DNA of 51,876 nt, counting the filler, from Bipalium vagum (taxonomy: Eukaryota), in the NCBI GenBank assembly GCA_037834085.1. It is 3 parts of 3 records of this genome, joined end to end, with 100 filler letters (N's around TTAATTAATTAA, not from the genome) between each part and the next. Parts side by side here need not be neighbours in the genome. Positions count along the whole stretch, not along the records: positions 34,919 to 51,876 come from JBBMKC010084645.1; 2 more parts are not named here. One strand, written 5' to 3'. Made by a program: the position numbers and the translations under genes. Each line of letters begins with the position of its first letter. The stretch's first letter is position 1. This document shows positions 49,565 through 51,876 of the stretch, in pieces. The notes beneath the pieces are model-generated. The model ran no database searches, was not told the DNA's origin, and worked only from the letters and a program-made list of their open reading frames with translations.

Positions 49565-51805
49565 ATAATTAAAACTTTTTTAATTTAAAAAAGGCAATAT
49601 TTAAACAAATTGTATTAATTTTGTGAATTAGAATATTAAAATAATTTAACTATATAAAATTCATCTCTTGTGGTTTATTTCTGAAATTGTTTTATCTATT
49701 CATTTATTTTGAAAATTATTAAGGTAATATATTATATTAAACTTTAATTACTCAAAAAATATTTTTAAGTGTAATTTCAGTATTAAATGTATAGTTGTTC
49801 AAAATTATATATTAGAAATTATTTTATTAGCACTTAATGTACCCTTGGCATCAATAATAATTTTTTTCACCAAAATTAAAAAATTTGGTTTGCAAATGTT
49901 TTTAACATTTTTTATAGAATTTATTAAAATTTTATTTTCATGACGTAAATTAATATTTCTTTTTATTTATAAATATTTACATTTATATATTTGTTGCTTA
50001 TAAAAAAACTGCCTTTTATAATATACGTTTTTGTTGTAAGCTGAAATAAGTAAAGTCTTCCAGAATTTTAATTTGGTTTTAAAAAAGCACTAAACAAATA
50101 TTATTTATGGGATATAAATAAATTATTTTTAGAGAAAATCATTTATAAGTACTAAGATATTCTTAAATTAACAAGAATTTGTTTTCAGCTCTCACGTTTA
50201 TTATTTGCTAGCAATGTCGAAATTATTGATGAAAAATAAGAAAATATTGATAGAAAATTTATAAGTGAAAATAGATATATATATATAAAAAAAAGAATTA
50301 ATGAGCGGAGAAAAATGATTTGTGAGAAATCTATATAAATATCTTCATTGAAATTCAGTGACGTGGAAACTCACATTAATTTTTTAAAGAGAAAGAAATG
50401 CAATTAAGTCAATATTTGTTAAGAGCCTTGATGAGCAGAAAACACGAGAGCATATATAAGTTTGAAAAATAAAATTGGTCATATTTGTCCAACATGCTTA
50501 TGAATATTTTTAATTCCTTTCATATTGATGAATTTTAATTTTTTAAGTGATTTCTAAAGATATAATTTTTAGAATTTCAATTTGTTCCTTAAGTGTTATT
50601 ATTACTGTATGGGTAATAAAATTTAATGCTTTGAGCAACATGTACTTATGATTTTTGATATTTTTATTTCATTATTTTTCATTTATATATAAAATTATGT
50701 AAAATATAATGAAGTTTATAGGAGAAAGGATTTAAAAGACAATCATTTCAAATCAATATTGTTCAAAATTAAAAATAAAACTAAAAACAACAGTGCATTT
50801 TATATAAAATATAAATTGGGGTTTAAGATATTTCAAGATGAACGAAATTCAAGCAATCTGTCTTCCACTATTATCAATATAATGCTTTGTTTATATATAC
50901 TTAAGGCATTAAAATGGTTTTCTAAATCGAAAAATGGAAAAAAGAAATTGAATTCTGTTATGACATTTTATTTATTATATGAAATCTATTTACAACTTTG
51001 ATTTTAAGTTGAAGAAAAGCTTGCAAAATATCTGAAAATTTTCTTTTAACAATATGTTTGGTGAACGATGTTTATCATTTGATCCCACCATCAGTGGAAA
51101 GCAAGATGTGAAGATAAACTATTCTATTCCTTTAATCATACTAATTGTAAAGTATGTTAGAAGCTTGTGTTTCATATATTCCAAGATTATTTTAGAAAAA
51201 ATAGAAAAGGTAAGGGTCGGGTCGCTTTCAGTTCAAGACAGTATAATTAAAAATAGGAAAAGAACTGTAAAAATATAAGATCAGGTTTTTAATAAATTTC
51301 ATTTTATCAAGATAAAAAAAATCGAAATAATTTGAAAATCGACTATATGGTTCAAGGAATCTTCTGGGATTTTAGTCGCTTGTTTACAAAATGACAGGGA
51401 CCATGTTAGGTGCCTGCGTTTCTTTCTGCGTATAAATTGATTATAATATTTTTATAAAATAGTGTATATGATAGAAATATTAAATTTTAACTGTTCTAAT
51501 TTTTAACTCTAATGAAAAATTCTTTGACATTTTAAAAAGGATCTTAAAATATTAAATGTATGGTTAGGAATTTATCAATTTTGGTTTCAATGTTGATCTT
51601 TACTTGAGTCAATGAAAAGTAAAAGAAAGAGAAAATTAATATATAATTTCGTTAATATTTTTTATAATAAAAAAACACTTATTGATACACCAACTTATGA
51701 AAAATGTACAATCACAAAAGGTAAAATATTTCATTTTTCAAAACTATTTCAATAGTGGGAATATTAAATTAAGATCCAAATAAATACAAAGTCGATATCT
51801 TTACA

Positions 51806-51807
<2 letters not shown>

Positions 51808-51876
<69 letters not shown>
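51808..51876. repeat. (TTA)n microsatellite at window end
   Basis: Perfect trinucleotide run. Confidence 0.98.

Noticed and set aside
50326-50340. GAAATCTATATAAAT resembling part of a planarian spliced leader as I recall it
   Set aside because: 15-nt AT-rich match only, with no leader 5' half, terminal ATG-GT or Sm site.
50189-51420. Possible gene divergent from SETD4
   Set aside because: Short frames with many stops and no recognisable motif; unsupported.

Overview
Very AT-rich animal genomic scaffold with tiny GT-AG introns (about 41-60 nt), (AAT)n microsatellites at both ends and two artificial 100-nt gap linkers (N44-TTAATTAATTAA-N44). Composition and repeat content suggest a free-living flatworm such as a planarian (inference only). 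Host genes: 5' part of an RGK (Rad/Rem/Gem) GTPase; a complete 7-exon PPM1A/B phosphatase; the 3' eight exons of glycerol kinase 5, whose N-terminal exons were not found; a 64-aa neuropeptide-like prohormone ending KR-DWYTGLI-G-stop; an intronless 264-aa four-TM orphan; and an intronless SETD4. Much of the rest is decayed, nested transposons: Tc1, several mariners, two pogo/Tigger elements, a Merlin (IS1595-like) element, a MITE, four short-LTR Gypsy copies, probable solo LTRs and a LINE RT remnant. There are also patches of decayed exon-like sequence and two inverted templated insertions. The most interesting candidate is the small amidated-peptide precursor. No prokaryotic-type system, CRISPR array, tRNA or rRNA was seen.
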